The translations under genes and the position numbers were made by a program. A stretch of 28,047 nt of DNA, from contig JBEBGD010000073.1 of the NCBI GenBank assembly GCA_040081625.1, positions 1 to 28,047 of the forward strand, read 5' to 3'. The notes under the pieces were generated by a model. The model ran no database searches and was not told the origin of the DNA. It saw only the letters and a program-made list of their open reading frames with translations. Origin of the DNA: Chthoniobacteraceae bacterium (GTDB taxonomy: Bacteria; Verrucomicrobiota; Verrucomicrobiia; Chthoniobacterales; Chthoniobacteraceae). Position 1 is the first letter of the stretch. The number at the start of each line of letters is the position of its first letter. Of the stretch, positions 9,942 through 17,033 are shown piece by piece.

Positions 9942-10530
9942 CGCGCACCGCGATCAACCGCTCGACGTATTTCGCGAGCAGATCGTATTCGACGTTCACC
10001 CGCTCGCCGGCTCGCCGCTCGCGCAGATTCGTCGCCGCGCGCGTGTGCGGGATGATCCAGCACACGACGCTCGATTCACCCACCTCCGCCACCGTGAGGC
10101 TGATCCCATCGATCGCGATCGATCCCTTCCCGACCACGTAACCGCGCGCCTCCGCAGCCAGCGCGACCTCCAGCCGCCAGTCCGCGCCGCGCGCCGAGAA
10201 ATCGATCACCTCCGCCGTGCCATCGATGTGCCCCTGCACGAAATGTCCGCCGAGCCGCGCATTCGCCGCCAGCGCCCGCTCGAGATTCACGATCGAACCC
10301 GGCGCGAGAGCGCCGAGATTCGTGCGGCGCAGCGTCTCACTGAGCACGTCGAAATGGATCGTTTCCGCCGACGGCGCGACCGCCGTGAGACAGCAACCAT
10401 TCACCGCGATGCTCTCCCCCTCGATCACCTCCCCCGCAAACGGCACGCGCAGCGACAGCCGCGCGCCATCCGCTCCGCGCGGCGCGATCGCGATGACTTC
10501 GCCTGTGGCTTCGACAAGACCGGTGAACAT
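9919..10530 (-). CDS. ribE: Riboflavin synthase (alpha chain)
   Basis: MFTGLVE N-terminus; SIAVNGCCLT, VNLERAL, GGHFVQGHID and KGSIAIDGISLTV motifs. Confidence 0.95.
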   Translation of the reverse strand: MFTGLVEATGEVIAIAPRGADGARLSLRVPFAGEVIEGESIAVNGCCLTAVAPSAETIHFDVLSETLRRTNLGALAPGSIVNLERALAANARLGGHFVQGHIDGTAEVIDFSARGADWRLEVALAAEARGYVVGKGSIAIDGISLTVAEVGESSVVCWIIPHTRAATNLRERRAGERVNVEYDLLAKYVERLIAVRATSSRSA

Positions 10531-10533
10531 GGA

Positions 10534-11286
10534 TCAGTGGAAAGGTGAGATATACACGCGCATCACATTGACGCGTCCGCCGGCGAAATACCATCGCGGC
10601 TCGAAATCAAAACTCCGCTCCGCCGCGCGGTAGTCGAGCCAGCACGGCTTGGCGGGATAGTTCGGATCGTAAAGCCAGAAGCGCAGATCGCCCCCCGTTC
10701 GCCGCTCGACGCGGTAAGCGACCAGGCAATGATTCAGCGACGGAAACCGCGCGATGTAGATCCCGCGCAGCTTTCCCTCGTCCATCGACTCCGCCAGCCA
10801 GCGCGCCGCCGCCGCCTGCCCCGCGCGCAGATGCCCCATCGCCATGCGGTAATTTCCCACGCGCAGATAGGTCGGCAGCCAAGCGCCGAGATTCTCCTGG
10901 AGCACCCCCGGCATCACCTCGGAAAACTCGCGCAGATCGCGAAAACCCGGCACGACAATCCGCTCACTCGGCCCATCGCTCCACACGGGGACGCGTGAAA
11001 TCCGCCGGATGAGCGCCGCGTATTCCTCCCGCGAGAGCCGCACCCGGCGAGGCTCGAACCGCGCGAACTGCCAGAACTGCATCACCGCGCGCGCCATGAC
11101 GAAACAGCGGTGCGCGTATTCCGGCGGCTTCTCGCGACGCGAGATATTCAAGTCCCCGCGCTCATCGATGCCGTATTGGAAAACCGTCTCATTCGCGAAC
11201 GCGAACGTATCGCGCCGCACATCGAACTCCCGCGCCAGCCCGGAGCCGGAGAGCGAGATGAGGATGGCGAGAAAGACCTGGCGCAT
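10534..11286 (-). CDS. Secreted hypothetical protein, possible papain-like Cys-His-Asp fold
   Basis: ATG at 11286 gives MRQVFLAILISLSGSGLA (signal peptide), followed by the motifs HRCFVM, NHCLVAY and LYDPNY. Confidence 0.7.
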   Translation of the reverse strand: MRQVFLAILISLSGSGLAREFDVRRDTFAFANETVFQYGIDERGDLNISRREKPPEYAHRCFVMARAVMQFWQFARFEPRRVRLSREEYAALIRRISRVPVWSDGPSERIVVPGFRDLREFSEVMPGVLQENLGAWLPTYLRVGNYRMAMGHLRAGQAAAARWLAESMDEGKLRGIYIARFPSLNHCLVAYRVERRTGGDLRFWLYDPNYPAKPCWLDYRAAERSFDFEPRWYFAGGRVNVMRVYISPFH

Positions 11287-11385
11287 GAACCGCACCCATC
11301 CCGCGAGCGTCCCGCACGCGCCAGCCCCGTTTTCTCCCCTTGCTGCGCGAGCGATGGCGTCCATAGTGCGCGCGCTTTGGAAAGT

Positions 11386-11462
11386 CGGGGCGTAGCTTAG
11401 CCTGGTAGAGCGCCTGGTTTGGGACCAGGAGGTCGCAGGTTCGAATCCTGTCGCCCCGACCA
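11386..11462 (+). tRNA. tRNA-Pro(TGG)
   Basis: CGGGGCG acceptor stem, D-arm TAGCTTAGCCTGGTAGAGC, anticodon arm CCTGG-TT-TGG-GA-CCAGG, T-loop GGTTCGAATCC and an encoded 3' CCA. Confidence 0.97.
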
Positions 11463-11490
11463 TTTACAGTAGAGACGACAAGGCATAAGT

Positions 11491-11539
11491 GGACATTAAC
11501 GGACAGATGGGGACAGTTTTGGCGTGACGCGGCGTGACG
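11491..11539 (+). repeat. 10-bp-phased direct repeats between tRNA and integrase (candidate att arm / Xis sites)
   Basis: GGACA at 11491, 11501 and 11511; GGCGTGACG at 11521 and 11531. Confidence 0.55.
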
Positions 11540-11557
11540 TGGGCGGTAGTTGCGGGC

Positions 11558-12883
11558 GTGAAGATTCGCAGGCGCAAATATCGATCGGGGAAAATTGGGT
11601 GGCAGCTTGATCTTGGGATCGTGGATGGGCGGCGGTGTCAGCGGGCGTTTGAGACTCGGGCGGAGGCGGAGAAGCACGCGGAGGCGATGGGCGCTTTGCG
11701 GCGGCAGCACGGGGACGCGGCGCTTGCGATGTCGCATGAGCGGCGGTTGCAGCTGGCATCGGCGGAAACGAAGTTGCTCGAGGCGGGCGTGTCGCTGGAG
11801 CAGGCGATCGTCTGGGCGCTCGAACGCGGGACGGCGGTGCGCGAGCACAAGTCGCTCGCCGATCTGCGCGACGAGTTCATCGCGGAGAAGGAGCGGATTG
11901 GATGTCGCGAACGGACGGTGCGGCAGTTGCGGGTTTCGCTCGGGTCGTTCGTTGTCGGACGCGAGTTGCAGCTCGCGCACGAGACGACGCGTGCTCATGT
12001 TGAGGCGTGGCTGCGGGGCGGGTGGCAGGCGGCGACGCAAAAGAATTACCTGGGCGATCTGCGCGGGATGTTCAAGTGGGCGCGGGAGAAACGCTACGTG
12101 GCGGAGAATCCGTGCCGGGAGGTGAAGGCGGCAGAGCAGCGGACGGAGCGCGAGATCGCGGTGCTCTCGCCGGAGCAGGTCGAGCAGCTCTTCGCGACGG
12201 CGGTGTTGCACGAGGGACGCGTGTTCGACCGCTCGTCGCGGACATACGCCGCAGCGCATGTCTTCCATCCCCTGCTCGCTTATGTGGCGCTGGCGACGTT
12301 CTGCGGGATTCGACCGGAGGAGATCAAGCGCTCGGGCGCATCGTCGCTGCACTTGAAGGATCGCGCGTTTGTGGTCGCAGGGTCGGTAGCGAAAACGGGC
12401 AAGCGGCGCGTGGTGGATCTTCCAACGTCGGCGCTGGCGTGGCTGCAGCTCTGGCGGAAACTTTGCGGTGAGGAGTCGCCGATTATTCCGAGGAATTTTC
12501 GCAAGTTGTGGGAGCGATTGCGCGAGGCGGCGAAGCTCAAGCCGCTCGGGTGGAATTCCACGCGCGGGAAGAAGTCCGCAGATTGTCGCCGTGTTTCCGC
12601 CTCGACCTGCCTTCGGCAGTCTCACGCCGTCGCCGACGATGAAGGCCTCAGCGAATGGCCGCACGACGTGCTGAGGCACACGACGGCCACGATGCACTAC
12701 CGGCTGCACGAGAATCCTTCGTGGTTGAAAGCGCAGCTCGGGCACGTCGAAGACGAGGACACGTTGCACCGGAATTATCGGGCGGTGCGGCTGCTCGATG
12801 GCCGCGCGATCAGTAAGGCGCTGGCGCGGAAGTTTTGGGCAGTGCGGCCGTCAGCGCCGATGAAGGCGATGGCGCGCCGCTAA
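11558..12883 (+). CDS. Phage-type tyrosine recombinase/integrase
   Basis: Catalytic motifs FCGIRPEEI (R), AKTGKRR (K), HDVLRH (HxxR), LGH and NYR (Y), plus an N-terminal arm-binding-like beta region. Start is GTG 11558 (alternative 11534). Confidence 0.92.
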   Translation: MKIRRRKYRSGKIGWQLDLGIVDGRRCQRAFETRAEAEKHAEAMGALRRQHGDAALAMSHERRLQLASAETKLLEAGVSLEQAIVWALERGTAVREHKSLADLRDEFIAEKERIGCRERTVRQLRVSLGSFVVGRELQLAHETTRAHVEAWLRGGWQAATQKNYLGDLRGMFKWAREKRYVAENPCREVKAAEQRTEREIAVLSPEQVEQLFATAVLHEGRVFDRSSRTYAAAHVFHPLLAYVALATFCGIRPEEIKRSGASSLHLKDRAFVVAGSVAKTGKRRVVDLPTSALAWLQLWRKLCGEESPIIPRNFRKLWERLREAAKLKPLGWNSTRGKKSADCRRVSASTCLRQSHAVADDEGLSEWPHDVLRHTTATMHYRLHENPSWLKAQLGHVEDEDTLHRNYRAVRLLDGRAISKALARKFWAVRPSAPMKAMARR

Positions 12884-13203
12884 AGCGCGTAGCGGCTGCC
12901 GAGGTATTTGTAAGCGCGAGTCGTGGACTCGCCTTCGCGCAGGTTCCCGATGCGTTGCGCCTTGATCCCGTTCACCTCGTCGCCGTCCGCGAACGACTTC
13001 TGTTTCGGATGGCCGGTGAGAAAAAAATCACCGCGGAACTTTTCGTTCGCCTGGCCGTAATCGGAGATCACGCCATAGAGGAACACGCCGTATTGAGTGA
13101 CCCGCACGACGCGCCCTGAAATTTCGATTGGAGGCTCGGGCGGATCGGCAGCGAGCGCCGCGCTGATGAGCAGCGAGCAGAACGCGAGAGCGGGCGTTTT
13201 CAT
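12880..13203 (-). CDS. Small secreted hypothetical protein (moron-like)
   Basis: MKTPALAFCSLLISAALAA signal peptide followed by a beta-rich domain; convergent with the integrase. Confidence 0.65.
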   Translation of the reverse strand: MKTPALAFCSLLISAALAADPPEPPIEISGRVVRVTQYGVFLYGVISDYGQANEKFRGDFFLTGHPKQKSFADGDEVNGIKAQRIGNLREGESTTRAYKYLGSRYAL

Positions 13204-13273
13204 GCGGGCGGATCGTAGGACCATCGGCGTGCGCCGTCACGCTCAATCACGAGGCAGGGCCAGCCTCTGGGCT

Positions 13274-13645
13274 TCACTTCGCGGCGCGTCTTGATTTGGG
13301 CGCGGGCGCTTCCGCGACGCGGAGCGTGGTGATTTTTTCGGTGGCGAGTGCGTTGTAACCGGCGCGCACGAGTTCGGAGAGCGGGGGCAGGCCGAGGGAG
13401 TGGAGCAGTCGCTCGGCGCTGGCGTCGCCGGCCGAGGCGACGGCCTTGCCGGCCTGGCGGCGCATCGTGGCGACGGCGAGCAGGACGGCGTCGGGCATGA
13501 GCGGGTCTTCGATTTGATCGAGGGCGTCGCGGAGGATGACCTCGGCGAGGTATTCGGCAGAGCAGCGGCAATCCTTGGCAACGCAGTTCAGGCGATCTTT
13601 GAGGGGCTTGGGCATCCTGAGCTTGGCGGAATCTTTCTCGGTCAT
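13274..13645 (-). CDS. Putative repressor with ribbon-helix-helix (Arc/CopG-like) N-terminus
   Basis: SAKLRMPKPLKDRLNCVAKDCRCSAEYLAEVILRDAL fits the RHH pattern; located at the cI position, divergent from the early operon. Confidence 0.6.
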   Translation of the reverse strand: MTEKDSAKLRMPKPLKDRLNCVAKDCRCSAEYLAEVILRDALDQIEDPLMPDAVLLAVATMRRQAGKAVASAGDASAERLLHSLGLPPLSELVRAGYNALATEKITTLRVAEAPAPKSRRAAK

Positions 13646-13661
13646 GTGGATATGACGCACC

Positions 13662-13722
13662 GATTTTATTTTCCTTCAAAATAAATCTTGTTCCGGGGCG
13701 TGTGTGGGGCCATACACGCCCC
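13662..13722. promoter_or_regulatory. Divergent switch region with two inverted repeats (candidate operators)
   Basis: TTTATTTT-ccttc-AAAATAAA within 13662-13687, and GGGGCGTGTGTGG-gg-CCATACACGCCCC at 13695-13722 (12/13 match) abutting the ATG at 13723. Confidence 0.6.
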
Positions 13723-13962
13723 ATGCAAGACCCGAAACCGACAGCGCCAAAGCCGAAGTCAATCGGCATCGACGTGGCGCTGCACGGCTACCTCAACCTC
13801 ATCCGCTCGCGCGATCCGAAGGCGGTGCGGCAGATGAAGGAACTCGTCGAGCCGGCGCTTTGGGAGATCGTGCGTGAGCACCGCGACTGGCTGGAGCTGA
13901 TGACTGGCGGCGCGGTCGAGATTCCCGAACCGGCCCAAGCGGAGATGTCGCTGAGCAAATGA
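13723..13962 (+). CDS. Cro-position small regulator, RHH-like
   Basis: KSIGIDVALHGYLNLIRSRD..MKELVEPALWEIV gives a strand-helix-helix pattern; first gene of the rightward operon. Confidence 0.55.
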   Translation: MQDPKPTAPKPKSIGIDVALHGYLNLIRSRDPKAVRQMKELVEPALWEIVREHRDWLELMTGGAVEIPEPAQAEMSLSK

Positions 13963-14222
13963 GCACCGCCCTTCTTCTCAGCGCAGAGCAGCGGTCGAGG
14001 ATCGCGATCAGCGCGGCGGCGCTGGTGTCGCAGCCGGCGTTTGCGGCGCGCATCGAGCGGGAGGTGGAGGCGGTGTTTGAGGAGAACCCGACTCTGCCGC
14101 GGACGGAGCTGATCCGGTGCGTGGTGTGCGCGCTGTCCTTCCCGAAACTTTCCCAGGCGGTCGGCACTTCGCCGGCCGCTGCCTCTCCCCAGGCAACAAC
14201 ACAAACCAAAACCGCAGCATGA
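13959..14222 (+). CDS. Hypothetical phage protein
   Basis: ATGA overlaps with both neighbours. Confidence 0.6.
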   Translation: MSTALLLSAEQRSRIAISAAALVSQPAFAARIEREVEAVFEENPTLPRTELIRCVVCALSFPKLSQAVGTSPAAASPQATTQTKTAA

Positions 14223-14470
14223 AGAACCCAATGATGAGTCCCACCGCGTTTTGCCGACTGGCACTGCGCATTTTCCCAGACCTCCCGCTGAACGATGTCG
14301 CCGACCTCGTGAAGCCGGAGTGCCTGCCCGACTGGAGCGACGTCGCCACCCGCGCGAGCGAGATGGCTGACAGCATCACGCCGAGCATCCACACGCTCCC
14401 TGCCCACATCCGGCTCTACGAAGTCAGCGAGTGGGCCGCGGAGCAGATCGGGAAGGCGGTGGCGGCGTGA
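14219..14470 (+). CDS. Hypothetical phage protein
   Basis: MKNPMMSPTAF...; ATGA overlap upstream and GTGA overlap downstream. Confidence 0.6.
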   Translation: MKNPMMSPTAFCRLALRIFPDLPLNDVADLVKPECLPDWSDVATRASEMADSITPSIHTLPAHIRLYEVSEWAAEQIGKAVAA

Positions 14471-14958
14471 AGACGGTCCTCTTGCTTCCCGAAAAAGGAA
14501 TCCGCCGCTGCCCGCCGCGCGACCGCGCGATCTGGCTCGTCGCAAACATCATCACCCGCGATGGGTGCTTCACCGAAGTCGATGGCTACGAAGGCTACGC
14601 GCAGTGGAGCGAGTCCGCGCAGGACTGGCTCGACATCCGCGGCATGAGCATCCGCGGCCACGACCATGCTGAGCTATTCCCGCTCGACTGGATCGAGCGG
14701 CACGAGCGCGCAGCCAATGCTCCTGCGAACGAGATGAGCATCGACGGCCGGACTCAATACATCGAGCACGAGGAATGGGACCGGTCGCTGAATGGCCACT
14801 ACGTCTTTGTCGAACTTCGCCACCGCCCCACGTGCGTGATCGTAATCTCCCGACTCATCGGCCCGCTGCCCACGCTCCCTTTGGCCCTCGCCGTCCTCAC
14901 CCGGACGCTCGGCGAACTCCACCTGCAACCGGAGGCGGCGCAAGCCGTGGCGGCATGA
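14467..14958 (+). CDS. Hypothetical phage protein
   Basis: GTG start overlapping the previous stop; ATGA overlap downstream. Confidence 0.6.
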   Translation: MKTVLLLPEKGIRRCPPRDRAIWLVANIITRDGCFTEVDGYEGYAQWSESAQDWLDIRGMSIRGHDHAELFPLDWIERHERAANAPANEMSIDGRTQYIEHEEWDRSLNGHYVFVELRHRPTCVIVISRLIGPLPTLPLALAVLTRTLGELHLQPEAAQAVAA

Positions 14959-15206
14959 CCTGCACCGTCGCAGAGACCGTCGCCTTCGTCTTCGTCGCGA
15001 TCGGCTCGACGTGCATCGTGATGTATCGCGGGATGCGCGCGAAGTGCATCGAGGCGAGGGAGACCGGCTACCTCGACGGACGCGAGGATGAGCGTGCGCT
15101 TCTGCGGCGCGAGCTGGGCCAGCAGTGCGAGGCGATTGCCTTCCGGGAGACGATCGTGCTGCCGAAATCGAAGCTGCCCGCCCGTCCGCCAAAACAACCG
15201 CGGTGA
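14955..15206 (+). CDS. Hypothetical phage protein with N-terminal transmembrane segment
   Basis: VAETVAFVFVAIGSTCIVMY hydrophobic stretch; coupled on both sides. Confidence 0.6.
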   Translation: MTCTVAETVAFVFVAIGSTCIVMYRGMRAKCIEARETGYLDGREDERALLRRELGQQCEAIAFRETIVLPKSKLPARPPKQPR

Positions 15207-15475
15207 TGGAGATGGTCGCGCTTCCTCAGCCTGTGTGGGAGAAGATCGTCGCGGAGCTGGCGGCGGTGCGGACGCTGCTGGAGGCGCGCGAGGCGCGGAC
15301 GATCCCGGATCGGCCGATGTCGCCGGCGGAGGTGGCGAAGATCACGGGCCGGAGCGAGAAGACGGTGAGGCGCTGGATCGGGCGCGGCAAACTGCGGGCG
15401 AAGCACGAGGGGCGCACGATGCTGGTGCGGCCGGTGGATCTGCAGCGGTTCCTGGATGGAGGGAGCGGGCGATGA
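15206..15475 (+). CDS. Excisionase-like helix-turn-helix (HTH_17/MerR-like) protein
   Basis: MSPAEVAKITGRSEKTVRRWIGRGKLRA..VRPVDLQRFL. Confidence 0.85.
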   Translation: MEMVALPQPVWEKIVAELAAVRTLLEAREARTIPDRPMSPAEVAKITGRSEKTVRRWIGRGKLRAKHEGRTMLVRPVDLQRFLDGGSGR

Positions 15476-15741
15476 GCGAGCGGGAGGCACTCATCGAGGC
15501 GATGATCGCGCTGGTGCTAACGCGCTCGGCAATGAAGCGGGAGCAGCACACGAGCGGCGAGATGCACGTGCATGGGGTGCTCCTTGGCGACGATCAACTC
15601 GAAGGCATCGGGCTGACGGCGAGCGATGCGACGGACGATCTTCGGCAGCGGCTGCGCGGGAAGTTCGCGCGGGCGCTGGCGGCGCTCGAAGACGGCGGCG
15701 TGGACGTGATGGACCTGATGCGGAGGCAGGTGCAGCCGTGA
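15472..15741 (+). CDS. Hypothetical phage protein
   Basis: ATGA and GTGA overlaps; GGAG upstream. Confidence 0.6.
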   Translation: MSEREALIEAMIALVLTRSAMKREQHTSGEMHVHGVLLGDDQLEGIGLTASDATDDLRQRLRGKFARALAALEDGGVDVMDLMRRQVQP

Positions 15742-16118
15742 GCTGCCGATCGATCGTGGCGCGATTTTCCCCGCTCGGGTTTCAATTTCCGGCGCAGTAT
15801 CTGCGGCGCGATACGGCGCTGTTCGCCGAGAATGAATGGAGCTGGTCCGACGACCGTGCCGAGGCGTTCGTTTTCGACACGCATCTCGACGCCGATGCCG
15901 CCTCGCGGGGGCACCGCTACCAGGATGCGCAGGGCGACTGGCATTTTCCCTGGGCGCTGGTGCTCGGCAATCCGGCGCTCGATGCGGAGCGGGAGCACCG
16001 GCACCGGGATCGGCTGGCGGGCATGGAGGCGAGCGTGGCGCCGGCGCCTGTAAACGGGCGGGTGACGCCGGTGGAGTGCGCGGAGCGGACGCGGCGGCTG
16101 CTCGGGGAGCGCGACTGA
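15738..16118 (+). CDS. Hypothetical phage protein
   Basis: GTG start overlapping the previous stop; GGAGG upstream. Confidence 0.55.
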   Translation: MSCRSIVARFSPLGFQFPAQYLRRDTALFAENEWSWSDDRAEAFVFDTHLDADAASRGHRYQDAQGDWHFPWALVLGNPALDAEREHRHRDRLAGMEASVAPAPVNGRVTPVECAERTRRLLGERD

Positions 16119-16119
16119 G

Positions 16120-16323
16120 ATGAGCATCGACCTCGAAGAACGCCGGGATCAGATGGAGCGCGAGGCGCGCGAAGATCGCGAGGCCATCCGCGACTGGCTG
16201 GCGCTGGCGCGGATCGCGGTGCCGTGCGTGTTGCGCACGGCGGCGGACGGCAATGTGCGGTGCATCGAGGCAGCGCGGGAGATGGAGCCGCTACTGGCGA
16301 AGCGGAGGGGCCAGCGCCGATGA
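16120..16323 (+). CDS. Hypothetical phage protein
   Basis: Starts 1 bp after the previous stop; ATGA overlap downstream. Confidence 0.6.
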   Translation: MSIDLEERRDQMEREAREDREAIRDWLALARIAVPCVLRTAADGNVRCIEAAREMEPLLAKRRGQRR

Positions 16324-17033
16324 GCAAGAGTCCAGGCTATCGCGAGATCGATGCGGCGGCGCACCAGTCGATGACGCGGTTTCACAACCGGACCTCGGGG
16401 GCGTGGGAGCCGACGTCGAACGATCTGCCGTTTGCGCGGCTGCTCGATGCGCCGCTCGACGGGACGAATGGGAGCAAGGGGTCTCATGCGACTTTCGCGG
16501 AGACGATCGCGGCGGCGAGCGATGGGGAGGATGGGACGGCGGGCGAGTATGAGATTCGGCAGCGGATCGTCGGGGTGAAGGCGTTCTTCCAGTTCCTCAA
16601 AGGTCGGGCGATCACGCCGATGGAAATGTTTCGTCAGCTCACGGCGGTGGGCCGGGCGATCCACGAGGAGCCGTTCAACCTGATGACGATGGAGGAGATC
16701 GCGATGATGGAGGGGCAATCGAAGGCGGCGCATTCGTGGCGGTGCAAGCTGCTGAGCGGGATGATCGAGCTGGCGGGGATGAAGGGCTCGAAACTTCCGG
16801 GGCAGAAATCGAAGGCGGCGAGCGAGAGCTACAAGCAGTGCCGCAAGGGCAACACGAACCGCAAGGGCGGGAAGAAGGGCAAGCGGGCACGGCAGGGGAG
16901 CTTCCTCGCGAAGCTGAAGACGTCGCCGCCGAAGCGGCAGCAGAGCTTTCTCCGAAAACTGGCGGTGCCGAAGGCGCCAGCCACCGCGCCCGGAGGTCGC
17001 GTTCCACCAGCAACCAAACGAAACCACCAATGA
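16320..17033 (+). CDS. Hypothetical protein with possible HTH and very basic C-terminal tail
   Basis: MTMEEIAMMEGQSKAAHSWRC HTH-like segment, K/R-rich tail and ATGA overlaps. Confidence 0.65.
   Translation: MSKSPGYREIDAAAHQSMTRFHNRTSGAWEPTSNDLPFARLLDAPLDGTNGSKGSHATFAETIAAASDGEDGTAGEYEIRQRIVGVKAFFQFLKGRAITPMEMFRQLTAVGRAIHEEPFNLMTMEEIAMMEGQSKAAHSWRCKLLSGMIELAGMKGSKLPGQKSKAASESYKQCRKGNTNRKGGKKGKRARQGSFLAKLKTSPPKRQQSFLRKLAVPKAPATAPGGRVPPATKRNHQ

Noticed and set aside
11287..11463. N-terminal extension of the 309-aa minus ORF (MVGATGFEPATSWSQT...)
   Set aside because: It is the reverse translation of tRNA-Pro.
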